Positions 37,136 to 48,500 of a stretch of DNA of 64,000 nt are shown piece by piece. A program made the position numbers and the translations under genes. Position 1 is the stretch's first letter. Every line of letters starts with the position of its first letter. Origin of the DNA: Candidatus Eiseniibacteriota bacterium (GTDB taxonomy: Bacteria > Eisenbacteria > RBG-16-71-46); NCBI GenBank assembly GCA_963717935.1, contig CAVQXP010000004.1:576001-640000 (forward strand). The letters are read 5' to 3'. The notes beneath the pieces were generated by a model. That model did not search any database, was not told the origin of the DNA, and was given only the letters and a program-made list of their open reading frames with translations.

Positions 37136-37480
37136 GGTCGCGCTCCTCGTCGGGTACGGGGCCCGGAGACAGCCTCCGGTCGCTCTCCGCGCGGCCACCA
37201 GCCTGCACGCCGGCACGCTCGCGCACACGCCCGGTCGGGAGGCGGCGTCCGCGCTCTCGAGCCGGGAGCAGGGCAGACTACGACCCGTCCGCTGCGGGTG
37301 TCCACCGTCACGTCGCCACGCCGACGTGCCCCGGGGCCCCCGTTCCCGGCGATTCCGCTCTTCCGCCCCCTGTGCGAGAATGGCGCCTCGCCGGCCGCGG
37401 CGCGGGAGCGCGGCCGCGCGGAGGTCCCGCGGGGTGGGAGACCTCACACCCCCGCGCCGATGCCCATCCAGGAGGCGGCC

Positions 37481-37921
37481 ATGAGCCGAGTCGCGGACGT
37501 GCTTTCGCACAAGGGCCGTGAAGTCCACACCGTGGGGCGCGAGACGACCACCTTCGAGGCGCTCGAGAAGATGGTCCGCCACAATGTCGGCGCGCTGGTC
37601 GTCACCGAGGGTGACGCCACCGTCGGGATCTTCACCGAGCGCGACTTCCTGCGGCGCGTCGTGCTCCGGGGGCACGACCCGAAGGTCACGCGGGTGCGCG
37701 AGGTCATGACCGAGCGCCTGGTCTGCACCGATCCCGACCGGCCGGTGGAGGACTGCATGGCCGTGATGACCCAGGAGCGCATCCGCCACCTGCCCGTGGT
37801 CGCGGCCGGCCGCCTGGCGGGGATCGTCTCCATCGGTGATGTGGTCCGGCACCTCTCGGCGGAGCGCCACGTCGAGATCCGCTACCTCACCGACTACATC
37901 ACGGGGAAGTACCCGGGCTGA
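37481..37921 (+). CDS. CBS-pair domain protein
   Basis: VGIFTERD, VREVMT, IRHLPVV and GIVSIGDVV; AGGAGG RBS. Confidence 0.93.
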   Translation: MSRVADVLSHKGREVHTVGRETTTFEALEKMVRHNVGALVVTEGDATVGIFTERDFLRRVVLRGHDPKVTRVREVMTERLVCTDPDRPVEDCMAVMTQERIRHLPVVAAGRLAGIVSIGDVVRHLSAERHVEIRYLTDYITGKYPG

Positions 37922-37935
37922 GCCGCGGGGGAACG

Positions 37936-38628
37936 ATGACGCTCACTCCGGGTGGTCCGGTCATCGTGGTGGGGGGCGGCGCGGGCTTCGTCGGGCGCGC
38001 CGTGGTGGGGGTCCTGCTCGCCGGCGGGGCGCGCGTCGTGGTGCCCACCCGCCGCGAGGAGGACGCCGAGCGCTTCTACCTGGAGGCGAGCCCCGAGACC
38101 GTGCCCCGCCTGCGCACCGCGGTGGGCGAGTTCGGCGACCCGGCGACGCCGGGGCGCATCGCGACCGTCGCGCGCCGCGAGTTCGGCGGCGTGGACCACC
38201 TGGTGTCGGTCATCGGTTCGCCACCGCTGGGCCCGCTGGCGACGCTCGACGCGCAGGGCGTGCAGGAGGCGGTCGAGGACAACCTCTCCGCTCCCGGGCG
38301 GTTCATCCTCGGGATGCTGCGCCACCTGAACGGCACGGCACCGGTGAAGCGCGTCGTCGTGGTCACGCCCGCGCCCGGGCGCGAGGCGCAGAGCGAGCCC
38401 GACGCCTGGTCGCTGGGCCGCACGTTCCTCGAGGGCCTGGTCGGCCTGCTGCGCGATGCGCGGCGGCCGGGGCTCGAGTTCTACGCCCTGCGCGCCCCGC
38501 GGCTGGCGGGCACCGGGACCGGCTCGGCCGCGGTGGGCCGGGCCGTCGCCCGCCTGCTGGCCGAGGGTGCGCCCCGCGGGTCCGGCGACTTCGTCGTGGA
38601 GTTCGTCGCCCCGGACGACGTGGCGTGA
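37936..38628 (+). CDS. Atypical SDR / Rossmann-fold oxidoreductase
   Basis: VVGGGAGFVG..G.RV and FGGVDHLV; no YxxxK seen. Confidence 0.65.
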   Translation: MTLTPGGPVIVVGGGAGFVGRAVVGVLLAGGARVVVPTRREEDAERFYLEASPETVPRLRTAVGEFGDPATPGRIATVARREFGGVDHLVSVIGSPPLGPLATLDAQGVQEAVEDNLSAPGRFILGMLRHLNGTAPVKRVVVVTPAPGREAQSEPDAWSLGRTFLEGLVGLLRDARRPGLEFYALRAPRLAGTGTGSAAVGRAVARLLAEGAPRGSGDFVVEFVAPDDVA

Positions 38629-38803
38629 GCAGGGTGACCGCCGCCGCCGGACCCGTGCCGGGGGGCCCCGCGGGCACGCTCGCTCCGCCGTCCGGGCTCC
38701 GCTCGCTCTTCCTCGCCGGGCTCCGCCGGTCCCTGGCTCCGCCCGGCTCCGGGCGGCCTCGCGTGGCCCCCCGGCACGGGTCCGCCGGCGGCTGCGCCCC
38801 ACC

Positions 38804-39868
38804 ATGAGCCAGGTCGGCAGCCCCCTCGGCAAGATCGCGCCCGGGCAGTTCGAACGCGTCATCGCTCCGCATCTGGGCGCCGCCCGCTCCGAGGTGCTGG
38901 TGGGGCCGCGCGCGGGACAGGACTCCGCCATCGTGAAGCTCGGTGGCGGGCGCGTGCTCGCCGTCACCACCGACCCGCTCTCGGTCGTGCCCGCGCTCGG
39001 CTTCGAGGCCTCCGCCCGGCTCTCCTGCCACCTCATCGCCTCGGACCTGTGGTGCGCGGGTATCGCGCCCGCCTGGGCCTCGATCACCTTCAACCTGCCG
39101 CCGCAGATGGGCGACGCCGAGCTCGAGACCTACTGGCTCGCGATGAGCGACGAGTGGGCGCGGCTGGGCGTCTCGGTCGTGACCGGCCACACCGGGCGCT
39201 ACCCGGGCTGCGACTACTCCATCATCGGCGCGGGCACGCTGATGGGCGTGGGCGACGAGACGGCCTACCTCACGCCCGCCATGGCCTCACCCGGCGACCG
39301 CGTGATCGTGACCAAGGGCTGCGCGGTCGAGGCCACGGCCATCGCGGCCTGGCTGTTCCCGAAGCGACTGGGCGCCAGGCTCGGCCCCGAGGGCGTCGCG
39401 CGGGCCCGGGCGCTGCTGGGTCAGGTCAGCGTCGTGGCTGACTGCCGCGCGGTACTGCGCGTGGGCGTGCGCGACCGCGGCGTGACCGCGCTGCACGATG
39501 CCACCGAGGGTGGCGTGCTCGGCGGCCTGCTCGAGCTGGCGCGAGCCTGCGGGCACGACCTCGCCGTCGAGCGCGCGCGGATCCCGCTGCCGCCCGAGGC
39601 GCGTGCGGCCTGCGAGGTGTTCGGCACCGATCCGTACTGGACGCTCTCCGAGGGGGCCCTCATCGCCACGGCGCGGCCCGCGCACGCCGCGGCCGTGCTC
39701 GCGGCGCTCGCCGCCGCGGGGATCCCCGCGGCCGAGGTGGGCGAGGTCGTGCCCGGCGGCGGCGCGCTGCGGCTCGCGGAGCCCGGTGGCGTGCACGTCC
39801 TCACCGAACCCGAGGCGGATCCCTACTGGCCGGCGTACCAGCGGGCGATCGGCGAGGGCTGGGAATAG
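38804..39868 (+). CDS. AIR synthase-related (PurM/HypE/ThiL superfamily) protein
   Basis: G.DSA, TTDP, SD, VTGHT, PGD and LHDATEGG motifs. Confidence 0.85.
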   Translation: MSQVGSPLGKIAPGQFERVIAPHLGAARSEVLVGPRAGQDSAIVKLGGGRVLAVTTDPLSVVPALGFEASARLSCHLIASDLWCAGIAPAWASITFNLPPQMGDAELETYWLAMSDEWARLGVSVVTGHTGRYPGCDYSIIGAGTLMGVGDETAYLTPAMASPGDRVIVTKGCAVEATAIAAWLFPKRLGARLGPEGVARARALLGQVSVVADCRAVLRVGVRDRGVTALHDATEGGVLGGLLELARACGHDLAVERARIPLPPEARAACEVFGTDPYWTLSEGALIATARPAHAAAVLAALAAAGIPAAEVGEVVPGGGALRLAEPGGVHVLTEPEADPYWPAYQRAIGEGWE

Positions 39869-40104
39869 CGGGATTGCGGGGATGCGCGGCGCTCCCGGGC
39901 CCTCCGGGGCGCGCGTCCCGGACCCACGCCCGCCGTTCCGGGCCCACCGCGCCGAACCCTTTGGGCCGTGGCGTGCATCCACCAGTCAGGCGGGTGCATC
40001 CGCGCCCCCCCGCGGCTTCCACTCGGAATCCCGCGCGCGGCACCCGCCTCTTTCGATCGAACGATCCCTGGACTCTCCGTCCAATCCCGTCCCAGGAGGA
40101 CCGC

Positions 40105-40539
40105 ATGGCAGCCAGGCAGCAGTCGAAGAACCCGAAGCTCGTCGCCCTGCTCAATCAGGCGCTGGGCTGGGAATTGCGCGCCCAGGCCATGTACGCGCAC
40201 TACGCGGCGTACGTGAAGGGCCTCGAGTCGCTCACCCTCGCCGGCCACTTCGAGGAGGAGGCCGCGGAGTCCGTCGCCCACGCCAGGCAGGTGCGCGACG
40301 TCATCGCGATGCTGGGTGGCGAGGCGGTCACGGTGCGCGACAGGGCGCCGATCGTCCACACCGGGGACACGCGCGTGATGCTCAAGGAAGCGCTCAAGAC
40401 CGAGGGGACCGCGGCGGAGGTCTACCGGAAGATCGTGCCCCTGGTGAAGGACAACTCGATCTTCTTCCACTCGCTCTCGCACGTCCTGATGGACGAGATG
40501 AAGGCCGTGGTGGAGATGGAGAACCTGCTGGGGCGCTAG
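40105..40539 (+). CDS. Ferritin-like four-helix protein
   Basis: LNQAL.WE..A..Y..Y, EE..ES..H, I..LGG, AL..E..A...Y and DE; AGGAGG RBS. Confidence 0.85.
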   Translation: MAARQQSKNPKLVALLNQALGWELRAQAMYAHYAAYVKGLESLTLAGHFEEEAAESVAHARQVRDVIAMLGGEAVTVRDRAPIVHTGDTRVMLKEALKTEGTAAEVYRKIVPLVKDNSIFFHSLSHVLMDEMKAVVEMENLLGR

Positions 40540-40565
40540 CCCGGACCGGGAACCGGAGGCCGCGA

Positions 40566-40596
40566 GGGCCGCACGGGTCACCTGCCCGTGCGGCCC
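40566..40596. terminator. Hairpin between convergent genes
   Basis: 12-bp stem gggccgcacggg/cccgtgcggccc. Confidence 0.55.
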
Positions 40597-40620
40597 CCTT
40601 CGGTTCCTGCCGGATGCGCG

Positions 40621-42483
40621 CTACTTCGCCAGCACGTCCTCCGGCGGCGCGCGCAGGGCCCGGGCGACCGGAACGAGGTTCTGCTCGGGGTCGGCCCAGG
40701 GCGAGCGGCGGTAGAAGAACTCCAGGCGCTCGTGGGGGTCGTTCGCGAAGGCCGAGTCCGTGGCCACCCGCGCGCGGAACTCCTTCGCCAGCGCGGGATC
40801 CTCCTGCATCATCTTCCGCGCCAGCGGCTCGACCACGTACGCCTCGCCGTATTCCTTCTTCTCGAGCACGGTGTCGAAGAAGTTCCAGTGCGCGAGCGCG
40901 TCGGGTGCCTGCGCCTCGAGCAGGTGCACGGCCACCAGGGCCGAGCGCTGGTCGAGCGGCACCCAGACATCGCCGGGCCGCCAGGTGCGCCAGCGCCGCG
41001 CGGACTCCACCCGGTCCACGGAGAGGGCGTGGTGCCCCTCAAAGGATTCGCTCGCGGCCTTCCAGCCCACGATCCGCGCCTGCTCGACCGTGTCGCTCCA
41101 GGCCCGCGCGAAGCGGCGGTAGCGCACGCCGTGCAGATCGAGGCGCTCGATGACCGACGGCCATTCCCGGGGCACCAGGTAGCCGGCCGGCTGGGTCACG
41201 GTGAGCGCAGGCGCGACCGCGAAGAAACGCGGGACCAGGGTGTCGAACGGCGCGGTGCCGTAGCGGATCACCGGCGCGCCCGCGATGTCGCTCCACTCCC
41301 ATGTGGGGCGCACGCCCTTGAGCATGAACATCACGCTGTCGCCAGTGGACTGCGAGGAGAGCGCGATGCTGCGCTTCGCCGGGTCGGGCTCGCGCCCGCG
41401 CGCGATGACCTGCGCCTCGGCGTCGGCCACCGCCGCGAGGAGCTCCTGCGGGCGCGCGTTGATCTCGGCGAGCGCGGCGGAGACCACGTCGTACGTGGCC
41501 CGCACGCGCATCTCGTAGGACTTGAGCATGTGGGTCTCGACCAGGATCGCGGGCCGGCACTGGAGCGGCGCGTAGCCGGTCGAGAAGCGCGGCGGGGCGT
41601 CCCCGGAGACGAAGCCCCGGAAGGGATTGGACCACTCCCGCAGGTAGAAGTAGGGCCCGACCAGGTGCCCCAGCGCCTCGACGGCGGGCAGCGCACGGCC
41701 CTCGAAGGCCGTCTCGATCCAGCGCGTCACGCTGGCCGGTTCCTGGGGCCCATGGTTGTAGCCCCAGGTCACGTCGTAGCGGCAGTCGAGCCCGTCGGTC
41801 GTGTGGGTGTCCATCAGCAGGTCCGGCCACCAGCGCGTGAAGACCTGCGAGAGGAACGCGCGCATCTCCGGTGATTCGGCCTTCAGGTAGTCGCGGTTCA
41901 GGTTCAGCCCGATGGGCGTGGTGCGCCAGCCCATCTCCTCGGGGCCGTTCTGGTTGATGCGGCCGTAGCGGCTGCGGCGCTCGTGCGAGTCCGGCGAGAG
42001 CATGGGCGCGATCAGCAGGATGCAGTGGTCGAGCAGGTCCTGCTGCCGGCCCGTGATGGCGATGTCGCGCAGCAGGGCGAGCATGGCGTCCTTGCCCTCG
42101 ATCTCGCCGGAGTGTACGCCGCACTGGACCAGGACCACGGGCTTGCCGCTGGCGCGCGCGGCCTCGGGCGTGAACGCGCGGTCCTTCGCGGCGACGACCA
42201 GCAGGAGGTCCCGTCCCTGCCCGCTCGTGCCGAAGGACTGCACGCGGATCAACGACGAGGACGCCTCGAGCCGGCGCAGGTACTCGACCGTCTCGTCGTA
42301 AGTCGAGGTCAGGCGGTAGGCCGTGCGCTCGGCGCGGGTGGCCCAGAACGCGGACAGCCCGAGCACCGGCGCCATGGGACGTGGAGCAAGGGCGAGCGAG
42401 TCGGCGCGGATCTGCGCCGGGGCGGAGCCCGGGATCAGCAGGACGGCGAGGGCCAGCGCGAGCGCGGGGGCGCGGGGAATCAT
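40621..42483 (-). CDS. Exported M14 zinc metallocarboxypeptidase
   Basis: Signal peptide; GVHSGE (HxxE), NLNRD, D.HTTDG and LVETH. Confidence 0.9.
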   Translation of the reverse strand: MIPRAPALALALAVLLIPGSAPAQIRADSLALAPRPMAPVLGLSAFWATRAERTAYRLTSTYDETVEYLRRLEASSSLIRVQSFGTSGQGRDLLLVVAAKDRAFTPEAARASGKPVVLVQCGVHSGEIEGKDAMLALLRDIAITGRQQDLLDHCILLIAPMLSPDSHERRSRYGRINQNGPEEMGWRTTPIGLNLNRDYLKAESPEMRAFLSQVFTRWWPDLLMDTHTTDGLDCRYDVTWGYNHGPQEPASVTRWIETAFEGRALPAVEALGHLVGPYFYLREWSNPFRGFVSGDAPPRFSTGYAPLQCRPAILVETHMLKSYEMRVRATYDVVSAALAEINARPQELLAAVADAEAQVIARGREPDPAKRSIALSSQSTGDSVMFMLKGVRPTWEWSDIAGAPVIRYGTAPFDTLVPRFFAVAPALTVTQPAGYLVPREWPSVIERLDLHGVRYRRFARAWSDTVEQARIVGWKAASESFEGHHALSVDRVESARRWRTWRPGDVWVPLDQRSALVAVHLLEAQAPDALAHWNFFDTVLEKKEYGEAYVVEPLARKMMQEDPALAKEFRARVATDSAFANDPHERLEFFYRRSPWADPEQNLVPVARALRAPPEDVLAK

Positions 42484-42654
42484 GCGCGCAGGATAGCACA
42501 GGGACGCGCGTCCGCTTCACGCTCCGCGGATGTCAGCGTGACGCGTCGTCGAAGCGCCCGGTCCTCTCCGGCCTTCGATCCCGAAGGTCGAGCGGCCACC
42601 CCGCGAGGGAGGTGGCCGCCCTGAAACAAGCGCACGGACCGCCGCTGTTCTTCG

Positions 42655-45339
42655 CTACCGCATCCAGATCAATCGCCGTGTGAGGGTGTGGCCCAGGGCC
42701 TCGAGCCGCGCGAAGTAGGCGCCCGCGGCGACCGTTCGCCCGCTCTCGTCACGGCCGTCCCACACCGCGCTGTTCACGCCCGCGCCGCGTGAGCCGTCGG
42801 CGAGGGTGCGCACCAGCTCTCCGCGCAGGCCGTAGATCCTGAGCGTCACCCTTCCCTCGGTGGGCAGGGTGTACTGCAGCCGGGCCGATCCCGAGGCGGG
42901 GTTGGGCCACACCGGCGCCAGCGCGAGCGTGTGGGAGTCGGGGCCCACGCCCGTCGGGGCCGTCACGGTGAGGGTCACGGCGCACTGCTCGACGAGCGTG
43001 TTCTTCTCGTTCCGCACGGCGAGCGTGAGGACGTTGGTTCCGCTGGCCGCGGTGTCGGGCGCGGTGACCGACAGGTCGATGCCCGCCGAGCCGGCGGCGG
43101 CCACGCTGCCGAGAGACCCGGGAGCGGGCATGGGCCAGGCCCGCGCGCTCGTCAGCTCATACGTATAGTCATTGGAGAAGAGCGGGTTCAGGTTGTTCAC
43201 GGTCCACGAGAGGTCCAGGCCGCCGTTCGGCGCGATGGCCAGGTCGGCCGGGCAGTCGCTCAGGGAGTGCCAGGTGTCGATCGCCGCCTCCCAGGTGTCG
43301 GGGTTGGAGCCGCGGCCGTCGGACCAGACCGGCCGGACGTAGCGCGAGTCGGCGAGCGTCGAGGAATAGTCGCCCATGTTGGGGGCCATGTTGCTCAGAC
43401 TGGTGGTGAAGTTGCTCGCGGCGTCCGTGAACCTCGCGTTCGCCTGCCAGGTCGTGCCGCCGTCGACCGAGCGGGAGGCGTACTGATGGCAGCGCGAGCC
43501 GTAGGTGTCCTCGCGGTAGTCGTACCAGGTCACGTACGGGCACCCGTCGGGGCCCACCACCACCTCGGGCAGGAAGTCGTCGAAGCCGAGGGCGTTGTCG
43601 TTGACCCGGGCCGGCGTGGACCAGGTCGCGCCGTCGTCCGAGTAGCACGCCAGCACGTCACGCTGGTCGCGGCCGTGGCCGGAGCCGGGCGCTCCGTAGG
43701 CGGTCAGGATGCGGTACTTGAAGAGCCGTGACGTGGTGAAGGCGGGCGCCATGCGCAGGAAGTAGGTCGCCGTCACGGGCGCGGTGAAGGAGTAGAAGGC
43801 CTCACCCGGCACGGAGCTCGTGGAGTCCAGTTCGGCCCCGAACGCGATGCGCTGAACGTCGTCGGGCGAAGGCGCGAAGATGCGCAGGGTGTAGGTGGCC
43901 CTGCTACTGAGCGAGTCGGCCCAGATCACCACGCTCTGCCCCGCGGTGAGCGAGAACTTCCAGTAGTCGAGATCGGCGGGGCTGCCCGTCGTGACGGTGC
44001 CTCGCAGGGTCTGGCCCGGGGTGAAGAGCGTGGCCGTGGCGGACGTGTTGTTGGACTCGACCTCGGCCTTGCCCGCGTTGATGGAGAAGCCCTGTCCCAG
44101 GATGTCCCAGGTCTCGCCCCAGGTGGCATGGACGCGCCCCCGGTTCGGGCCCGTCGTGCGATCCACGGTGATGGACGGGAAGCCGATCCCGCGCTCGCGG
44201 TTGAACCCGGGCGAGCCGGTGCCGAACTGGTCCATGTAGCTGGCCAGCGGGATCTCGGCGCTGAAGGTGGCGCCGTGGTCCACGGACCTGCGGACCTTGA
44301 AGTCGTTCGCGTCGGTCGTCCGGCTGATGGCCATCCACGTCACGTAGACTTCGCCGTTCGGGCCCACGGTGGGGCGCGACCCCTGCACGTAGCCGTTGTC
44401 CGCGGTCTGGGAGATCTGCGTGGCCGCCGACCAGGTGGCTCCGCCGTCGCCCGAGCGATAGAAGTCGATCCGGTTGGTGTTCGTGAACGTCGTGTTCGAG
44501 ACGTACACGTAGTTGCTGGACGAGTCGGCGAAGAACCACTGCTTGTCGAGGAAGGTGGTGGTGTTGGGGACCGAGCGCACCACGACCACGCTGTCCCAGA
44601 CGAACGACGCGCCCGAGAAGTGCCCGTACGCCACGCCGATGCCGTTGTGGGTGGCGTCGGGATTGACCAGGCCGCAGTAGTAGAAACGGCCGGTCTTCTC
44701 GTTGACCGTCGTCACCGGGTCGCTGGTCCAGGTCCACGAGGGATAGGCGGCCGGGTGCGGGATGTCGCCGCCGTCCACGAACGTGGCGCCGCCGTCGGTC
44801 GAGTAGCCCCAGCCCTGTGTGTCTCCGCCGGTGGAGAAGCCCTGGCTGTCGTTCCACGCGACGAGGATGTTGTTCCCGAGGAAGGCGATGCTCTCCTCGG
44901 ACTGGCACGAAGAGGTGGAGAGGTCCCCGGCCGGGTCGTTCACCCGCACGTTCGTGGGCACGACGGCCGTGGAGAGCGCGGTGAGGAGGTCCGCGGGTGC
45001 GGCGTGGCGCGCCGCGGTCTCCGGCACGAGGTAGTCCTCGCCCATGGGCCGGCCCGCGCGTGCGCCGGGCTTGATGGCCTTGCCGCGCTTCGCCGCCTTC
45101 AACTCCTTCACCTTCTGCTTGGCCCGCACGAAGTGCCGTCGCGCGCCCTTCCACATGAGGTTCCGCTCGAGTTCCTTGAGCTGGCGCAACTGGACGTCGT
45201 GAGGGACGGGCGTGCCTTCGACGCCCTGCCGTGCGTCCGGGCCCTGCCCGAACGCGGGGCAGGCGACGAGGGCGGCGAGCGCCACGGAAAACAGGACGCG
45301 CCGTCCGCTGGAGCGGTGCACCGGATCACACGGGGACAT
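42655..45339 (-). CDS. Exported BNR/sialidase-like beta-propeller protein with inserted PPC-like domain and FlgD-like C-terminus
   Basis: Asp-box repeats STDGGATF, SGDGGATW, SVDHGATF, SDDGATW and SVDGGTTW; DKQW; GDY; C-terminal WDGRD...GAYF. Confidence 0.82.
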   Translation of the reverse strand: MSPCDPVHRSSGRRVLFSVALAALVACPAFGQGPDARQGVEGTPVPHDVQLRQLKELERNLMWKGARRHFVRAKQKVKELKAAKRGKAIKPGARAGRPMGEDYLVPETAARHAAPADLLTALSTAVVPTNVRVNDPAGDLSTSSCQSEESIAFLGNNILVAWNDSQGFSTGGDTQGWGYSTDGGATFVDGGDIPHPAAYPSWTWTSDPVTTVNEKTGRFYYCGLVNPDATHNGIGVAYGHFSGASFVWDSVVVVRSVPNTTTFLDKQWFFADSSSNYVYVSNTTFTNTNRIDFYRSGDGGATWSAATQISQTADNGYVQGSRPTVGPNGEVYVTWMAISRTTDANDFKVRRSVDHGATFSAEIPLASYMDQFGTGSPGFNRERGIGFPSITVDRTTGPNRGRVHATWGETWDILGQGFSINAGKAEVESNNTSATATLFTPGQTLRGTVTTGSPADLDYWKFSLTAGQSVVIWADSLSSRATYTLRIFAPSPDDVQRIAFGAELDSTSSVPGEAFYSFTAPVTATYFLRMAPAFTTSRLFKYRILTAYGAPGSGHGRDQRDVLACYSDDGATWSTPARVNDNALGFDDFLPEVVVGPDGCPYVTWYDYREDTYGSRCHQYASRSVDGGTTWQANARFTDAASNFTTSLSNMAPNMGDYSSTLADSRYVRPVWSDGRGSNPDTWEAAIDTWHSLSDCPADLAIAPNGGLDLSWTVNNLNPLFSNDYTYELTSARAWPMPAPGSLGSVAAAGSAGIDLSVTAPDTAASGTNVLTLAVRNEKNTLVEQCAVTLTVTAPTGVGPDSHTLALAPVWPNPASGSARLQYTLPTEGRVTLRIYGLRGELVRTLADGSRGAGVNSAVWDGRDESGRTVAAGAYFARLEALGHTLTRRLIWMR

Positions 45340-45584
45340 AGGGCAGCCTCCGAAACGCAAGATGGGACAAAGATGCCATGCGGCTGGACCCTGATGATTC
45401 TACTCCAATGTATGCCCGGAGCAGGACAGCACCGAGCTGAGCCGCATCCGGCCCGGGGCTCCGGGGGCCCTCCGGGAGACGGGCCGCGTTGCGATCTGCA
45501 CGATGGCAGGTGCGCCGGCGGGCATCCTGGTCCTGGCCGGGCGGGCCGGTGGCGCCCTGCCCGGTCCCGGGGGTTCCGCCGGGC

Positions 45585-48500
45585 TCAGCGAGTGACGATC
45601 AGCTTGCCCGTGGCCCGGCGACCCGCCTGCGACAGCCGCAGGAGGTAGAGCCCGGGCCGGAGCGATCGGGCCTCCGCGAGGTCCACGCGGTGAAGGCCGG
45701 GGCCCAGACCGCCCAGTTCGAGCGCGTGCACCCGCCGTCCCGCGAGATCGAGCAACTCGAGCCGCGCCGGCTGGTCGCCGGCCAGCGTGAGCCACACGTG
45801 CGCCGTCCCGTGCGTGGGGTTCGGCCAGACGCCCCGCAGCGCCAGGCCGGCGGGGGCCGTCACGCCCGCGCCGAGCAGCGCGGCGGGGATGATGGTGAAG
45901 TTCGAGTCGTTCACGGCGGCGTGTCCCGGCACGGCCGGGTCCGCGACCCGGACGCGTGCCTGCGCCGTGTACGGGCCGGTCACGTTCCACGTCCAGCTGG
46001 TGTCCGTCACGCTGCGGGCGAGCGTCTGCCAGTTCGCGCCCCCGTCGCGAGAGAGGGCGACGTCCACGGCGAGGATGCCGGCGCTGCGCGTCCACGCGAG
46101 CGTCCGCTGCGTCCCGGTGATCCACTGCTCCCCTCCCGCGGGGACCGTCACCTGGAGCGCCATGGGCAGCGGGCTCGGGCACGAGGCGAGCAGGACCGAG
46201 ACCGTGCCCGAAACGGCGCTGTTCGCCACGGCGAAGTCGGCCATGCCGTCGTGATCGAAGTCGCCGCTCGCCAGCGCGCGCGCCTGCGTGCCGGCCGCGA
46301 AGGCCTGCGGCGTCGCGAACGTGCCGTCGGGCCGCCCGCCGCTCGCGCGTCCGGTGAGGATGGAGACGGTGTTCGTCGTGCTGCTGTTGGGCACCGCGAG
46401 GTCGGGGACGCCGTCTCCGTTCCAGTCGCCCACCACGATCGCGTAGGGGGACGCGCCGCAGGCGTAGTGCACGGGCGGGAGGAACGAGCCGTCGCCCTGT
46501 CCGTCCGCACCGCTTCCGAGCAGGATCGAGATCGAGCCGCTGCCCGAGTTGGCCACGGCGAGGTCGGTGATGCCGTCGGCGTCGAAGTCGCCCGTGGTGA
46601 CGCCGAAGGGGGTGCTCTGGCAGACGTAGGTGGTCTTCGCGCCGAAGGTGCCGTTGCCGCGGCCGTCCGTGCCCAGGCCGGGCAGCACGTTCACGCCCGC
46701 GCCGCCCGCGACGGCGAGGTCGATGATGCCGTTCGAGTCGAAGTCGCCGGTCGTGATCGCGTACACGGCCGTGCCGATGGTGTAGTGCACCGCGAGGGCG
46801 AAGGTGCCGTCCGGGACGCCGTCCGAGCCCCGGCCGATCAGGACGGAGACCTTGCCGCTGCCGCAGGCCACGGCCAGATCGGGGATGCCGTCGGCGTCGA
46901 AGTCGCCCACGGCGATCGCCCAGGGGTTCGCGCCCACGGCGAGCTTCGGCCCGACCGTGAAGGTGCCGGTGCCGGCCCCGCCCGTGCCCTGGCCGAACAG
47001 CAGGCTCACGCCGGCGGCCTCTTCGTCGGCCACGGCGAGGTCGAGGATGCCGTCGCCGTTGAAGTCGCCGCTCGCGAGCGCGACGGGGAACGACCCCGCG
47101 GGCAGGGCGCAGGGGACCGCCGTGGCGAACGTGCCATCGCCGGTGCCGTCCAGGCCCTGGCCGCGCAGGATGGAGACGGTGTTGCCGACGAAGTTGGCCA
47201 CGGCGAGGTCGAGGATGCCGTCCTCGTCGAAGTCGGCGGACAGGCACGCGGTCGGCGACGACCCCACGGCGTACGCCACGGGCGCCGCGGGCCCGCACAC
47301 CACGCTTCTCACCTCGCCGCAGAACGCCGAGGAATCCGTGCTGCACATCGCCTTCACCTTGTACCAGAAGGCGCCGATCGCCAGGTCCGCCAACCCGGCG
47401 CCGGTCGTCGTGCCGATCAGCACCGGGGCGAGGTCCTGCGGCCACGGGCTCCGGTAGACGTCGTAGCGCAGGACCCCGGCCGTCGGGCTGGCGGTCCAGG
47501 TGAGGCTCGCGCCAGCCGAGTCCGTAGCGACCGCGAGATCCGACGGGGGCTGGATGACGGCGGCCGCGAAGCAGTTGGCGTGCTCGGCCGCGTCGCGCAT
47601 CACGCTCCTGCAGGCGGGATGGAAGTCGAGCCGGATACTGCCCTCGCCGCCGATCAGGTGACAGTAGGACATGATGGTGCCGAGGTCGGCGGGCACGATG
47701 CCGACGACGCCGGTGTAGCAGGAGCCCTCCGCCGTGTAGCAGGAGTCGAGCAGCGCGCCCGCGGGCGCGTAGCCGTGCAACTGCCACCAGCAACTGTGCG
47801 TGTGCTGGGAGCTGAAATTGTGCCCCAGCTCGTGGGCCATCACGTTGATGTCCCAGGTCGTGACGGCGGACGGGTAGGGGTTGTTCCCGTTCAGGTTGGA
47901 GATCACGCTGTAGCCGTAGGTCGTGCTGCACAGCGCGCCGACCCAGGCGATGCCGCCGCCCAGCGCGCGGCCCGAGACGAGTTGCGCGAGGTCGCGCGTC
48001 ACATCCGCGCGGTTGTCTATCCACCAGGTCTGGAACTCGGTCAGCGCGGGGCTGAGGGTCGTGGCCGAGTAGGGGTCGGCCGGCGTGGTCCAGACGTTGA
48101 GGTACGAGGTCCGCAACTCCACGTTCACCTCGCGCTCGTAGATCGCCGAGGTCGTGCCCAGCAGCACGAGCGCGTAGTTGACCGCGCGCGTCGCGTCGCT
48201 TCCCTCCTTGACGAAGAACTCGTAGTCGCAGTCAAGCGCCAGGTCGCACACCAGCCGCGCGGTCGTGGCCTGCACGTCCGCGGGGAGTGCCGGGAGGCCT
48301 GCGGGTGGCTCGGGGCCGTCGCCCTGCAACTCGTCGGAGGGGCAGAGGAACGCGACGGCCGGCGGCGCGGGCAGGCTGGCCTCGTCGGCGATGACGTGCC
48401 CCCCGCCCGTCTCGTCGAGCGGTGCCACGATGAGCCGGCCCGCGGCGCGCTCGACCCAGCCCGTCACCTGGCTGGAGGTCATGGCGATCACGGCGAGCGA

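Noticed and set aside
38804..39868. hypE or selD assignment
   Set aside because: Lacks the HypE C-terminal Cys and the SelD N-terminal Cys/Sec-x-x-Lys motif; left as superfamily member.
45800..47300. Regularly recurring DNA repeats (gaagtcgcc / gaggtcg) as a CRISPR-like array
   Set aside because: They encode the FG-GAP protein repeats, are degenerate at third positions and are in frame.
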